A stretch of DNA of 64,000 nt, taken from positions 17,422,001 to 17,486,000 of the forward strand of contig OZ076417.1 of the NCBI GenBank assembly GCA_964187785.1, given 5' to 3'. The notes under the pieces were generated by a model. It did no database searches, was not told the origin of the DNA, and worked only from the letters and a program-made list of their open reading frames with translations. Source of the DNA: Amphiscolops sp. MND2022 (Eukaryota). Numbering within the stretch: position 1 is the first letter of the stretch; each line of letters begins with the position of its first letter. The translations under genes and the position numbers were made by a program. This document shows, piece after piece, positions 33,301-47,089 of the stretch.

Positions 33301-36300
33301 AACCATAGTTTTCAACCAAATGGAAATTAAAACAAGTGTACTGACGTGTCATATGTTTGTCTTGGGATCAAATGGTGGACCTTTAGGGCTAGAAGTAGGT
33401 TTTATCCAAATTAAAAGCAAAAAACAATCAAGTGAAATGGTCTTCTTGGTGAAATAATTTAAAAAACTGCCCGAAAATTTTTAAAAAATCAAAGGTTGTG
33501 TCCTGTTGGTCCTTTTCGCAATTCAAATGAAAATTTAAAGTAGCCAAAGCCGGATCTTTTGAACTTTTCCGGATAATAGGTTGTGGAAAATGGTACCCAT
33601 TCAGGTACAATATGTGGTCAGGAGAAAAACAACTAACTAGTCACTGCTACCTTCGCGCACATTTTACAAAGTGCGTCAACTAAAAACATTTTTTTTGCTC
33701 AACCTTGTACCGTGTGGTTGTCAACGTATCGATTTTTTTGGAAAAGCAGTAATACAACTGGGAAGAAATGAACAAACAATCTCAACATGCTAACATGAGC
33801 TAGCGGAGGGCATAAAATATATAGTATTTGTAATATAAAATCCTATGTAAATGCAACGTGTCTGTATTTTGGCGGTACAAAATTGTACGCATGAATATTG
33901 TCGGCAAAGTTCGTTCAATTAAAAATTTATTCATAGCTGAAAACAAATTTCTGCAGAGTTGAGTTAGTAATGACAACCGCCTAACAAAATCGCGAAATCT
34001 GATTGTTAATTTGAATACAAATTAAAAATTTTTACCAATATAGAAACTTCGTCTAGTTTTAATTAAATTGAACATGGTTTTTTTCTCATGATTTTTTCGA
34101 CTTCGATTTTCTCAACAGTAATTAAAATTTCTCAACAAAAATTCAAGCAACTTATTGAGCCTACAGACATGTGATTGGTAGGAATTAAATTTCATTCATA
34201 TTTCTAAAAAAATTGAGAGATTTGCCAAAAATGTGGTCATTGAGACGCCAGTAACTCACATGCATTGTTTTGTTTTGTTTAATTGTCCAATTATATAAAA
34301 AGTTATATCATATGACATAATAACCAACTTTTGTTTTTTTTCTGCTAGGCATTCTTAAAAGTCACTTTCAATTCGTCTTTTGAGCAAACTGATAATGAAA
34401 AGCCCAAAGGGCTACAAAAAAGCAGTAAACGGCTAAAGTCAGCGCGACATTAAGACTCAAAAAGAGAAACCTTTCAAATTTGTTAAATGGAATATGTTCA
34501 TGAAAATTGTAAAAACCTTGCGGTACTTAGTAATATTCACAACGGGTACCCGTTGGATACAAAAATCATCTATCCTAACTGAAAATAAGCAAGAAACCAA
34601 AGAGGGTCCATTTGGTTTCAAATAATTTTCAGGATCTGGTTAAAAATGAAATATTCAAAGGACTAAAATAATTTGAAATCTCAGATTATATTCTTTAATG
34701 AAATACTAAATTTAATTAGGTTTTAGATCTTTATTGGACAAGATTGTAAAGCTGGACCGAACAGCATGCATTTTGGTTCGAGAAAATGTTGTCGAAAGTG
34801 CAAAGTTTTAGCTGGTAATGAAGACTACTACTGGGTAAACATGCAAAAAAAACGAAACGCGCAAGAATTTGTTCACACACAAACCGTAGTATTTGTAAGC
34901 AAGGTCCAGAAATACAATTTGACTGACAGTCAATTGTTTAAATTGAACGCTTTTATTGGATAATTACATATTCAACCGAGGTCAAATTTTCAGAAATAGT
35001 CTAGACATATTTACCAGTAATTTCGTTCTCGCTTCAGGTGTATGAAACTTGTTTTGCTTCCAAAGAAGTTGCCAATTTGAATGACTGACAGCAGTGTTCC
35101 ATGTTTCATTTTAAACAATTGATCACAAATATTCGAAGTTTTGCGAACTGAAATTTTTTAAGCGTTACATTTTGAAATCACCAAATATCTTCAAGAAAAA
35201 GAGCGATAGTATTGAAATTACTTGAACATTTTAAATGCAATATACAGTCGCCAGCAACTTTTATTATAACTTTCTGGAACTCCTACGGAAACTTTCATAC
35301 AAAAGTACTTCATGTTGTATCTAAAGTTTATCAAGCTGTTTAAAATAAGTATGCCAATTTCGATGACAATTTTAGGCTTTGAAATTTGGCAGGTTTTATT
35401 AGAATACAGCCTCATTTTTAGTAGCAACATAGTTGCTACAAATTTACCATTTTGAGGCAAAATGATTTCAGTCACGCAATAAACTGCAAATTAGCGTCAT
35501 GTTTAGTGTGCTAATACTATTTGAGAAGCGCTGATCACATCAGATGGTTAGTCGTGAAAAAATGTTTGATTGCAGCGTGATCGTGTCGACAACAAAGTGA
35601 AAAAGTTTTCAATTTTTAATTGCAATAGTGTGAACTACAGTGCAATCGTACACGATTTACCACTGGAAGCTTACTGAATTTTCTAGGTTTTATAAAAAGT
35701 AAACATGCATGCAGATCTGCAGCATGTAAAAAGTTCCAACAGTGTCGACTAGAAAACAGTGAGAAGATTTCATTGTGAGGCGCAAATGTCAACGTTCCTT
35801 ATCGAACATTTTTTTCAATTTTCGCCGTCGACTCAGAGTATGATTTTTTCTGAGGTCTTTTAATTTGTAAATGACTGCCAATTGATGGGAATTTCAGTGA
35901 AAGTTCCGGTAAATTCTTGAAAATTGTACTCGCTAACCTACAAAAACTTGTAAAAAGTACAAGCAGTTTCGACTAGGGTTGATGAGAGATTTCATGAATG
36001 GTAATTTTAAATACATGTAGTGGAATTTTTTCTAAAAGTGTTCGCTTTCGCTCGTAAACAACAGAGCGTTTGAATGTTAACATGAAAAATGAAAATTTTC
36101 AAAATTAGTTTGGTCTTCAACTATTCATCTCCGAACATGTAGCGAATGCACGACTTCGGTGAGTCAACTCGCCAGAAGTTTTCTCAGCTCTCATGAAGAC
36201 AATTTTCTCAGATGAATTACTTTGGTCTACATTCAGTTTTTTCTATGATGTTAAGTTTGGCCTAAAGTTTGTCTAAAAACGCCTATTGACATTGCTAGAA

Positions 36301-37941
36301 TGTTTTGCATGTTCTTCAAAATTGCCAAGAACTTCTATTATGATTCTCAAACTCTCGAATATTTTCATGCGCAAATATTAAGTGTAAAAACAACGTTGAC
36401 GAAGTGGGAAATCTTTTTTTAATTAAAGTTACAACACTAAAAGCTGCAGTGTAGTTCTACAATATTTACCAGCGGAAGCTTCCGCTTTCAACTTTTTATA
36501 AAATTTTTGGCATTTCTTATTTATTTCCAACTTTTTATAAAATAGTTCATTAACCTAGAAAATTACCCTGCATGCAGACCTGTATTTTGTAAAAAGTTCA
36601 AGCAGTCTCTGGGGATTTCATGATGCTACGAATACAATCTCGAATTTTGAATCTTAGTTAATTTTCACAAGTCGACTCCAGTTGCCAACTCTGAAAATCT
36701 AAACTTCTCTAACCATTCGAAGCAAACTGAATTTGGCTTCAGTGATTAATTTTTTTTCAAAGTAGTTTCATCACACATACGTACTTTCAGTTTTTCGATA
36801 CCGAATAGCTAACTGGGTATAATCTTATTGAAACTTTGGTAGAAATGGGAAATACGCAAAAAATAAAACCTTAAAACTTTTACAGTTTGAGATCTCTAAG
36901 TTTGTTGAATCCTTGGTACAATATACTCGGTACAGTTTCAACTTTTTTTTGTCACGTTTTCAATTATTACCATCATAAAGAAGTTTAATTAAAATTAAAT
37001 TCAAAAATGGTGTATCTTTTTGAACAATCTATTTCGGAACAATGCAGCATGATTCATCAAAGATCATCAAAATTAACAAGAAAATGAAACTTTTTCAACT
37101 GCAGAAGGAAGTAACTCGAAACTTAATGAAAAAACTTACGTGCTTGTATCAAGGAATAAAAAATGCCGTTTTTATTTCTGTCTCAACGTTTCGATGAAAA
37201 TAACAGTTCAATCCATTCGTTTCTGCAGAAATATCCACTGATAAACGAAAAGAATCAATCCAAATTGAATGGTAAGGGTTTTATTTCAGGAAAAATCCAA
37301 CTAATACCACGGTTGGCGAGCGATATGAAATTTCCTGTTTGTATCGACGGATTTCAACCAATAAAATTTTTGTAAAGCGTTTCTCAGATTGGGCATGGTT
37401 AAAAATTGTCTTTGATCTACCCAATGAAATTATCTGGAGCTTTTAATGTTCTTTTCGTTTTAATTTCTTGTACCAACTGAGAATATTTCCCCCTTTAATC
37501 AGGAAAAGCTTCCCAAAATGGCACGAAATCGAGGAAAAAAGTGAAAGTCAATCTGTCTATGACGTCAGCATTTACAAGCTAAGTAGATAAAAAAGTAATA
37601 TAATTTTTTAAAAAATATATACATACCAGCTACTATGCTATGAAATTTCAATCAGATAGTTCTAAAAAATCAGAATTAGTCTTTTTTCTTCCAGCGAAAG
37701 TGCAAGCAGTTTTTCCTGCTGGTGGTAAATTTCCGATTTATCAATTAGCTATCAGTTTCGAATTCCTCTTAAACTGCCGTTAATTACCAGCTGAAATTGT
37801 TGAAACAGTCAAATTTAGCGTTTATAGTGCTGAGAAAGTTCATTTTTTCGCAATTTTCGTCAACTTTTCCCCCGCAGCATGTAACGATTCCTCATTATCG
37901 ATTGGTCACAAATCTATGAGGTTAAAATTGTTACATTCGGG
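27372..37941 (+). repeat. Head-to-tail tandem segmental duplication, 2 x 5285 bp (27372-32656 and 32657-37941)
   Basis: All track ORFs recur at offset 5285. Differences found at 31393/36678 (T/C) and 31463/36748 (T/A). The junction has TT microhomology. Confidence 0.95.
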
Positions 37942-38162
37942 TTCACTCCGGTTTATGACCTTGCCGAGTTTCGGTTCCTAGAACTACAAACCATTTAAGA
38001 TTAAATGTCTAGAATACCTACTAGTGTTGACAAATACATAAAACATCAATACTAAATTAGATATCTCATTTATACGATTCTGATATCTATGATCTAGACC
38101 TACAAAAGAGATTAACTTTTAGAAACCTTTCTTTTCTTAAATCTAGTTTGTTAGAATAGAAC

Positions 38163-39183
38163 ATGGCGCAGTCAGCGAATTTTTAAAGAAACTGGATTCT
38201 GACCAACCAACGGAAACCATGGCAGAAAAGAATATAGTACCGAATCTTGAAACCAAAGCTACAGACGGGAATCCGGTATTCACACCGAGACAATGGCTAG
38301 AAAGATTCAAACAATTTACAAAACGGGAACACAAGATTGACATCAGAAAGATGAAGACATAACTGATTCCGGTTGGGACGCAAAAGAACAATCAATACAA
38401 GAAGATTTTATCTGGGGAGTGGGACCGGAAGCACTTTTCCAGATAACCCGAGCAGAATACAAGACACACCCGGATAGCATAAAAATTAAAGATCTAATCC
38501 GGTTATATACCGAATACTACTTACCAAAACGGAACACTTACCACAACCGAGGAGATTTCTTGTGGGCGAAACAATCAGAAGAGGAAACACCGGAGGATTT
38601 TTGGAGAAGACTAATCGAAATTGAAAAAGAATGCAATTTCGGCTCTATCTCACCTGAAGAATTACTAATCTCTGAATAGATGACCGCAATAACCAACAAG
38701 AACCTACGGGACAAAATAATGAAAGGAAAACCACTGGAATTGAAGAAGATAATCGAACTGAGGAAGCAAAATACATACGAAAAGAAAAATCAAAAGAATA
38801 CAATTCCGGAAGCATTGATCTCATCAAAAGAGAAACAAATGATAAAAGAAGAACCGATACAGAGAATGGAAAGATTCGGAACAAAACCGATAAATAAACA
38901 ATTCGGAAACCGACCATGTAGATTTTGCAATGCACCAAACTGGTCACCAATACACAAATGCCCGGCATTAGAAGCAAACTGCAATAAATGCGGAAAAAAA
39001 GGCCACTTTGCCAAAGCATGCAGACAAAGGACATACAATAACCGAACAGTGAAAAGACTAACCGAAGATGAAACTCAACAACCGAACGAATCAACTAGCG
39101 AATCAGAAGAGAGCATACATCACATCAAAGAAATAAAAGAATCGAAGAAAAGAACAAACACTATACGGCAACGATCAAAATAA
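38163..39183 (+). pseudogene. gag: Frameshifted gag with Mag-type tandem zinc knuckles
   Basis: CRFCNAPNWSPIHKCPALEANCNKCGKKGHFAKAC, split across ORFs 38419-38679 and 38680-39183. Confidence 0.85.
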
Positions 39184-42100
39184 ACGGAGTGAAGAAAAAA
39201 CTTATTGACGAAACGGGATCACCAATAACGATAATGCCACCAGACGAAAGAATCATGAAACATGCCAAAATTCAAAAAGTAACAAACCGATACTAAGATG
39301 TAAATAAAAACGAATTGAAATTTCGGGGAAAAGTTCCGGTAAACATCGAATACGAAAATAACAAACAGAAGATGGAAATTCTGATAACCGAAAGAACTGA
39401 TATAACACCATTACTCGGAATGGATTGGATGAAAACATTCAGATTAACCACCGGAAGAATACAATTGGCCGAAAACAACCAATCAGAAAAGGAGAATTTA
39501 TACCGAAATAAAAGATACCGAAATACGAGAATAAAAGATACCGAAATAAAAATACAATTCAAGCCCGGACATTTTCCGGTAAAACAAAAAGCCCGGCCGG
39601 TACCATTACACCTACAAGAAGATGTAGGAAGAGATTTAGAAATACTAATCAAATCCTGACACTTGGAGAAAATAAAAGATGTTGACGAAGATTGTTTTGT
39701 ATCACCGGTAGTAATCACAGTAAAAAGTGACAAGTCAGTAAAATTAGCATTAGACTCCCGAAAGCTAAATGATCGTTGCATCAAAATGAGACCACATATG
39801 CCGAACATGGAAGAACTACTAAATCAAATTTCGGTAGAGATAACACGCGACCGGACAATGCAACTATTCATGTCTAAAATAGACTTGGATTACGCTTACG
39901 GCCACATGAAATTACCGAAAAAACCAGCCGATAATGCGTATTCACATTAACCGGGTGAAAATTTAGTGGCTATTATAGATTTAAAAAAGGGTTCTACGGA
40001 CTTGCCGACATTCCCACATTATTCCAAGAAAAAATTGACCGAACACTCGGATACTGTACCCCAGCGTGGTTGGACGACATAAGAATAGTAACACGCGGAA
40101 GCAAACAAGATCGCGAAAGGAAACTATTTGACGTCCTAAGCAAGCTAGAAAAAGCCGGTTCCCGAGCTAGCAAGAAAAAATCAGAATTCCTCATGAAACA
40201 AACAAAGTGGCTGGGCCGCGAGATTGATGAAACCGGAATAAAACCGAACGAAAAAAAGTTGAAGCCATACTAAAATTGAATCCACCGGTGAATACCAAAG
40301 AATTAAACTCATTTCTCGGAGCAATACAATACATGGCTAAATTTCTACCGAAACGTTCGGAAACAACAGACCGATTACGGAAACACTTGAAAAAGAATGA
40401 AACATGGAATTGGGGAACCGAACAAGACGAAAATTTCGGAAAAATAAAACAGATGCTAACCGAAGGCCCGTGTTTAGCACACTACGCAAAAATTAAAGAC
40501 AATATCGTATCAACCGATGCTAGCACAACCGGATTGGGAATTACAATTTGGCAAGATCAAGATAACGGAAATACAAAATTAATAGCTTACGGAAGTAGAT
40601 ATATGAATGATACCGAAGAGAAATATTCCATCGGTGAATTAGAACTGCTAGCAGTCGTAAGGGGATTAGAGAAATTCCGATGCTACCTTTACGGAAAAAA
40701 AGTTTACTTATATACAGACCACCAATCATTAGAACCATTAATCAAAATAAACCGGAGTAACGAACAATACAGATAGCAAGACTAACGAGATGGTTAGATC
40801 GCCTAACACATTTTGACATATCAATACAACATAAAGCCGGCAGTAATTTGAGTTTTACCGATTATCTCAGCAGAAATCCGGTAGGGGGAACCACACCGGG
40901 AAAAAATTACGATGAAGAATACGTAATTAATATACTCTCTGAACAAGCTGAACTGAACTTGAAAAACGGACAATTGTTCGAGGACCAATCAAAACGCAGC
41001 AAATGCATCACCGAAAGAACAAAGAATAACTCCGAACACAAAACTGAGCATTAAACCGACCAATCACAGTTAAATAGAACATTCGAGAACAAAAACCACG
41101 TGAACGAAACCGAACAAAACAAGAGAACAACATCCGCGCAGTCCTATTTTAGCACTCTGAAAGTTAGTCAAACATCAAATACCGAAAACTTTGACAATAT
41201 GGATCGCAAAAACTTCTGTCACTGGGGAGCCACCCGAGAGATTATGGACATCATTAGAACAAGAAATAACAGTCCAGAGACAAGAAGACTTGTTGAACAA
41301 CGGAACGCACTATCCCGACACGGCACACTGAGACGCCGGTACGACCATCAAACACAACGTACGGTTTTTGCTCCGTCCCGGCCAAATAAACGTAGCAGAG
41401 AAGAGATTGCCGAAATCGATGCCGAATTAATCCGGAGAGCGAACAGACTGGGGGGCGGTTATCAACCGATAACCGAAGAACAAGAAGAACAACCGAGTAG
41501 TATGGAAAGTGTGTAGCCCGGACCACTTTTTGCTCCGATTGATTTTCCCTACCGCCGGCCTTTCAACAGGTGGGGGGATCCTTGCCGCGTTTGACTACGA
41601 AAGTAAATTATTGGTTGAATTCTTTTTGTCTTCGTTTTTGGAATTGCATTTTTGCGAAAGTACATGTAAAAGCATAGACACTCTTGTTTATTTATTGAAT
41701 GCCTGAAAGTTTGGAAAGTACTAACCTTGAAATTTTGTTGTAAATGAATTGTAAAGCTGGATTGACTAATACTGGTACAAATTTCTTGTGAATAAAGGGA
41801 GTGGTATTTCCAACTTTCTTGTCTGTATGTACTCCTAATATTATTAGGAATAGTTATATGCCTTCCTCCGAATGCAGTGGTAGCGGTGTTCTTATTACTA
41901 CCTGTAAAATATCCTAAACTTCCCAACAAGTTCTTGTTGAATCGAAATGTTGCTGCCAACCCCTGACCTACCCAAGTTAAATGAAATTAAATAAATCTGC
42001 AAACCACCATTATTCGTTTCAACTACATAAATTCTTGTTAGAAAACAAAACGAATTTCACAAATGCAAGGTTTTTTATGCTGTTCCATTCTTCGTTTCAA

Positions 42101-44144
42101 CTACATAAATTTTTGTTAGAAATGAAAACGAATTTCACAAATGCAAGCTTTATTATGTTGTTAACGTTATACAAAGAAAAATTTAGTGAATGATACTACT
42201 GTAGTTCATTATCAATATAAAAGTTGACTTTTCTGATGAAGGGGGGCCACGAGTGGGAACCTCCACTGCTTCACATTCTAAAAATACATTTGATTGGTAA
42301 TTGGATAAGTCTTCTTTGAAATCAGACAACTCTGTTAGGGGTCCCTGCGGTTCAACTTTTAGGACCCCTTCAAAAATGGCAGCTGGGTGGGGTCCTAAAA
42401 GTTGAACCACAGGGACCCCTAACAGAGTTGTCTGATTTCAAAGAAGACTTATCCATTACCAAATCAAATGTATTTTTAGAATGTGAAGCCGTGGAAGTTC
42501 CCACTCGTGCCCCCTTTCATCAGAAAAGTCAAATTATATATTGATAATGAATTACAGTAGTATCATTCACTAAATTTTTCTTTGTATAACGTTAACAACA
42601 TAATAAAGCTCGCATTTGTGAAATTCGTTTTCATTTCTAACAAGAATTTATGTCCTCGATATCCTCCATTTCGATCATTCCGGCATCACAAGAAAGACAA
42701 CCGAAGCCGAAATTTTCTGGTGGCTGAACAAAAAACAGGACATCGAAACGAAAGTCAAGGATTGTACAGCATGCCTCGCATCAGGTAAAAATCTTAACTA
42801 TCAATTACCGAAAAAACCTTACGGAAAATTAGAAAAACTGTCCTAACCCGGACAAGAAATACAAATTGATTTTACCGGAAAACTACACAAAAAAAAGTTA
42901 GGAGGAAAAACACAAACACTGATCGCGATAGATAGATTTAGAAAGTGGCTGACAGCGAAAATTTGTAAAATTTCGGAAACAAACGAGGCAACAAACATCC
43001 TATTTAGTAATTTTAATTTGTACGGAATACCGAAAAGATAAAATCAGACAAAGGCGGAGAATTCATTTCAAAAGAAAACCGACAATTTTGTAAAAGCCGA
43101 AATATAGAAATAAAATAATGTACACCCCGAATGCACACCGGAAACGGAGTAGTCGAGAGAGCAATCCAAACAATAAAAAACTCAATAATTGCAAACATGG
43201 AAGACGGACTATGCCTAACCGAAAGCGTAAACCGGGCACTACGAGTAATGCGTTTCACAATACATACGGGATTAAAAATAACACCGTTTGAATTACATCA
43301 CGGAAGAAAACCGAGAACCGAATTAACTAACATCGTTAAAGACGGAAAAACATACTTATCTAATTGGTCGGAAATGAATTCTTCAGCTCCGGACAGACCG
43401 AAAATCCCAATCCATGTGGGCCCCGATGCGGAAGGTGAAATAACCAACCACATTATAATGGCAAAGACGATGAATTAAGAGAAACAATCGGGAGAAAGCA
43501 CAAAGTCACCGAAGAAGAAAAATTCGGTTAGTTACCTTTTCTCATTCGTTGAAACAAATTATAACAAAAAATCCCTAGAAGGGAGGTTTCAAAACAAAAT
43601 ACAAACCGCAATAAGCGGAACCGAAAACACCGTAAAAACGGATACCGGAAAAATTATTAACCGAAGATTCATTTCGGGACCATTATTTCAGACCGAGAAA
43701 AAAACACAAAGAGAGACCTCACTAAATACCAACGGCGAGATATACCCGAAAACAGACTCTGCCTCTGAGGCCTCGATGGTAAATACGGCAGATGGGACGG
43801 ACGAAATACTCCGTGATATACTAAACGGAAAACTAAAGATCGTCCAAAACCAAAAACAGACGGCAAGCGACACGGAAGAAGAAGACGATTATGATGACGA
43901 TGAAGAGATGTCGGAAGAAAACGGGACACCAACACCGAAGATATATGATACCTCAGAACGGGACGGACGGTTTACACCAATCCGCACTAACCCGGAAGAA
44001 GAAGATGCATTACAACTGCATACCGACGTCGAGATATCGGGTGAGAAAATAAACACAAAAAGAAGACGGTCCACCCGAGACAGTAAAAAACCGAATAGAT
44101 ACGGTACCATACCACACACTGGAAATTTTTGGGGTTGGAAATAA
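39178..44144 (+). pseudogene. pol: Disrupted pol (PR, RT, RH, IN) with many stops and frameshifts and an internal insertion
   Basis: DETGSP (PR remnant), IDLDYAY and WLDDI (RT), TDAS/ELELLAV/YTDH (RH), HFDH..CTAC (IN zinc finger, ~42670-42780), GVVERAIQTIK (IN core). Confidence 0.9.
42103..42653. repeat. Long near-perfect palindrome (~266-bp arms, 20-nt spacer) inside a ~1.14-kb insertion in the decayed element
   Basis: 42103-42368 is the reverse complement of 42389-42653; the loop is ttcaaaaatggcagctgggt. A ~77-bp direct repeat lies just upstream (~42015-42170). Confidence 0.95.
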
Positions 44145-45710
44145 AATGTTCAAAAAAATGTACTTGTTACAGGAAACATGTGGATCCGACCAAAGGGGAC
44201 ACCACAACCGGAGAAAATCCAAAAGCCCGCAGATTTCTTACCAGAAGAAGGAACACCCCAGGAACCAGAACTGAGAAGGAGGAGAAGAAAGAGGGGGAAA
44301 TGTTACATTCGGATTCATTCCGGTTCATGACCTTGCCAAGTTTCGGTTCCTAAATCTACAAACCATTTTATTTTATATGTCCAAAATACCTACTAGTGTT
44401 GACAAATACATAAAACATCAGTACTAAATTAGATATCTCATTTAAACGATTCTGATATCTATGATCTAGACCTACAAAAGAGATTAACTTTTAGAAACCT
44501 TTCATTTCTTAAATCTAGTTTGTTACAGTAGAACAAAAATTTCGTTCAATATTTCGTATTTGGCGTACAGCTTAGTCTTGTCATTCAGGTACCAGTCAAA
44601 GCGAAAAGAGTGCAAAAAGAGACATATGAACAAGGCATGGACCAACCAGGAGTGAAATCGAGAACATCTATGATCACGCCACGTTAATGCGTGAAAGCAT
44701 CTCTTTTTCTTTGGAAGAATTAATGTGCTTTTTAGTCGGCGCTTCATGAAGTGATACGCAACTATTATAGTGAGTTTTTTTCAATCCACACGAACTGAAC
44801 AAAATAGTCCTTAAAAGTTCCCCTGGTCGAAGTGGCCGCGAAGTTTTACAGGCACATTCAAAAAATGCTGGATAATTTTTTATAAAACTTAGAAAATACA
44901 GGGACCATGCCTGGAAAACTTTTGTAAAATTAAAAGGCAACTTATAAAATTTTGCAAAATTACAAGGCAACTTGGAAAGAAATGCTGGCAGCATTTCAAG
45001 GTGCTTTAAAAAATTTCCTGCAACCTTTAAAACATTTTTTCAAAAATCCACGTGTCACCTGAAAAAACTCTCAAAACGATCTTTCAATTCGAACTCAATT
45101 CTCATTCTGACGAAGTCTAATTTCTTCAATTTTGATGTTCTTTCAAAAAAAAACCAATAAGAATAAAACTGAATTAAAATGTTTAAAAAATTAAAAAAAA
45201 ATTAAATTAAAACAATAACTATTGGCTGGTTTTTTTCTGCACCCCCCCACCATTAAAATGTTTGACGAAAATATGCAGGTACTTTTCAAACTGATCGAAG
45301 TAAAAAATAAATTTCTTTCCACAACAGGAAGTTAAAATCGGTTCGAATAGTTTTTTGTTTGAACGAAACCTTTTTCACACATTTTGACTGTGATTAGGTT
45401 TGATTTGATTTTTTGTGACTCAACAAGAAAAAGTGAACAAAGCTTCTATCTGAACCTTGAAAAGTCATATTGAAAATGAATTTAAAACTGAAGGTTTCTG
45501 AATTAGTTCCAAGTCTTTTTTCCCAATTTTTCAGAAAAAGCTGGTGGTTGGGGGAAAAACAGCAAAGAGCCAAACTATTTATGAATGAAGTAGCAAAAAT
45601 CAGGTACATTGCGAGAAAAAATGAATTCCGAAAGTCTACGGTTTTCTTCATCAAAAAGGACACTAGCTGAAGTTGTCAATTCGGATGATTCAACCAACAC
45701 GTCATCACAC

Positions 45711-46331
45711 AGTATGTTATTCCAGTGACATACAGTGTTCTCAGATCACATTATACCAAAATACAGTGAGTTTATAGGTTATTCTGCAAATATAGTGATT
45801 TTAGACGTTATTCCCAAAAAAGTGATTTTAGACGTTATTCCACACAAAAAAATGAGTTAGAAGTTACTCAACGAAACTTTGATTGCTTTAGACGTTATTT
45901 CAGTGGCATACAGTGTTTTTAGATGCTATTCTTACAAAATACAGTGGTTTTAGACGTTATTCCGCAAATATAGTGATTTTAGACGTTATTTCCAAAAAAG
46001 TGATTTTAGAGTGATTTTAGACGTTATTCCACACAAAAAATGATTTCAGACGTTCTTATACGAAAATGCGATTGTTTTAGACGTTATTCCAGTGACATAC
46101 AGTGCTTTTAGATCCTATTATACCAAAATACAGTGATTTTAGACGTTATTCCGCAAATATAGTGATTTCAGACGTTATTCCCAAAAAAATTGATTTTAGA
46201 CGTTACTCGACCAAAATACGATTATAGTAGACGTTATTCCAGTTAAATAGTGTTTTTAGATCCTATTCTACCAAATACAGTGATTTTGGACGTTATTCCA
46301 ACAACTATAGCGATTTTAGATGTTGTTCCGA
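45711..46331 (+). repeat. Minisatellite of ~30-bp monomers (core gtgattttagacgttattcc) organised in ~150-190-bp higher-order repeats
   Basis: The monomer series beginning cagtgacatacagtg recurs at 45723, 45901, 46090 and 46240. Confidence 0.9.
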
Positions 46332-47089
46332 TATCAGAAATGAAATACGATTGCAAACAAATTTGACTGAATTTTTTGAATTAGAATTTTTCGTTTCCGA
46401 AATTTTTGTCAACTTTTTTCATCGAAAAACTTCAAATTTTTCAACTCATGCGAAAAACTCCTACAACAAAGCTCGCAAAAACTTTTAATAGGGTTTTTTG
46501 TTAGTTTTCCAGATTTTCCAAACATCTTCGGAGCTGAAATTGTTCAAAAAATATTTGAAATTTCAACCAATCACAACCGTTTTATTTTGATATTCCGTTC
46601 TAAAGTAGTTCCTAAAATCAGCGTATAGAACTTCTATATGAAAATGTTTTTGTTTTTCCAAACCCGAAAGTTGATGTATATTGCCTATTCCATCAGTTTG
46701 CATGTAAAGAAAAAAATTCTTTGAAAAAAATTCCAGTAATACGAATTTTTTTGCCACACGGTCACTTGTTGACTATTTGTTTACGTCATATTGTAGCGTC
46801 TGTGCTTGCAAATCTCGAGGCCTTGCCCACGAAAACCTACAAATTTCGGCGGGGAATTTGTCTTTAATTTCTTTGATGTTACTCTGAAAACCCTCTAAAT
46901 TGTAAAGAAATCTTGATAAATACTTGAAAAATTAGTGACGCAGCATGAAAATATTGAGCATGAAAACTTCTCTGAGCAGTTGCCAAAAACCTAATAAATT
47001 AGCCTTGCAACCTATAAAAGCATGTAAAACTTTCGAGCAATTTCAACCAAGGTCTACGAAATTTTATGTCCCAAATCATTTGGATCAAT

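Larger units (their letters stand above)
37929..44535 (+). mobile_element. Decayed Ty3/Gypsy (Mag-like) LTR retrotransposon with 235-bp LTRs
   Basis: LTRs 37929-38163 and 44301-44535 (TGTTAC...GAACA, 17 mismatches). TSD AAAAT at 37924-37928 and 44536-44540. PBS TGGCGCAGTC at 38164-38173 (tRNA-Ser-like). PPT of 28 purines at 44273-44300. Confidence 0.95.

Noticed and set aside
27484-37375. Duplicated small ORFs as a gene cluster
   Set aside because: They are 60-85 aa AT-rich spurious frames, identical only because of the tandem duplication.
45711-46331. CRISPR-like array (conserved repeat plus variable spacers)
   Set aside because: The linkers are only ~10-12 nt and recur periodically, there are no cas genes, and the context is eukaryotic; it is a minisatellite.
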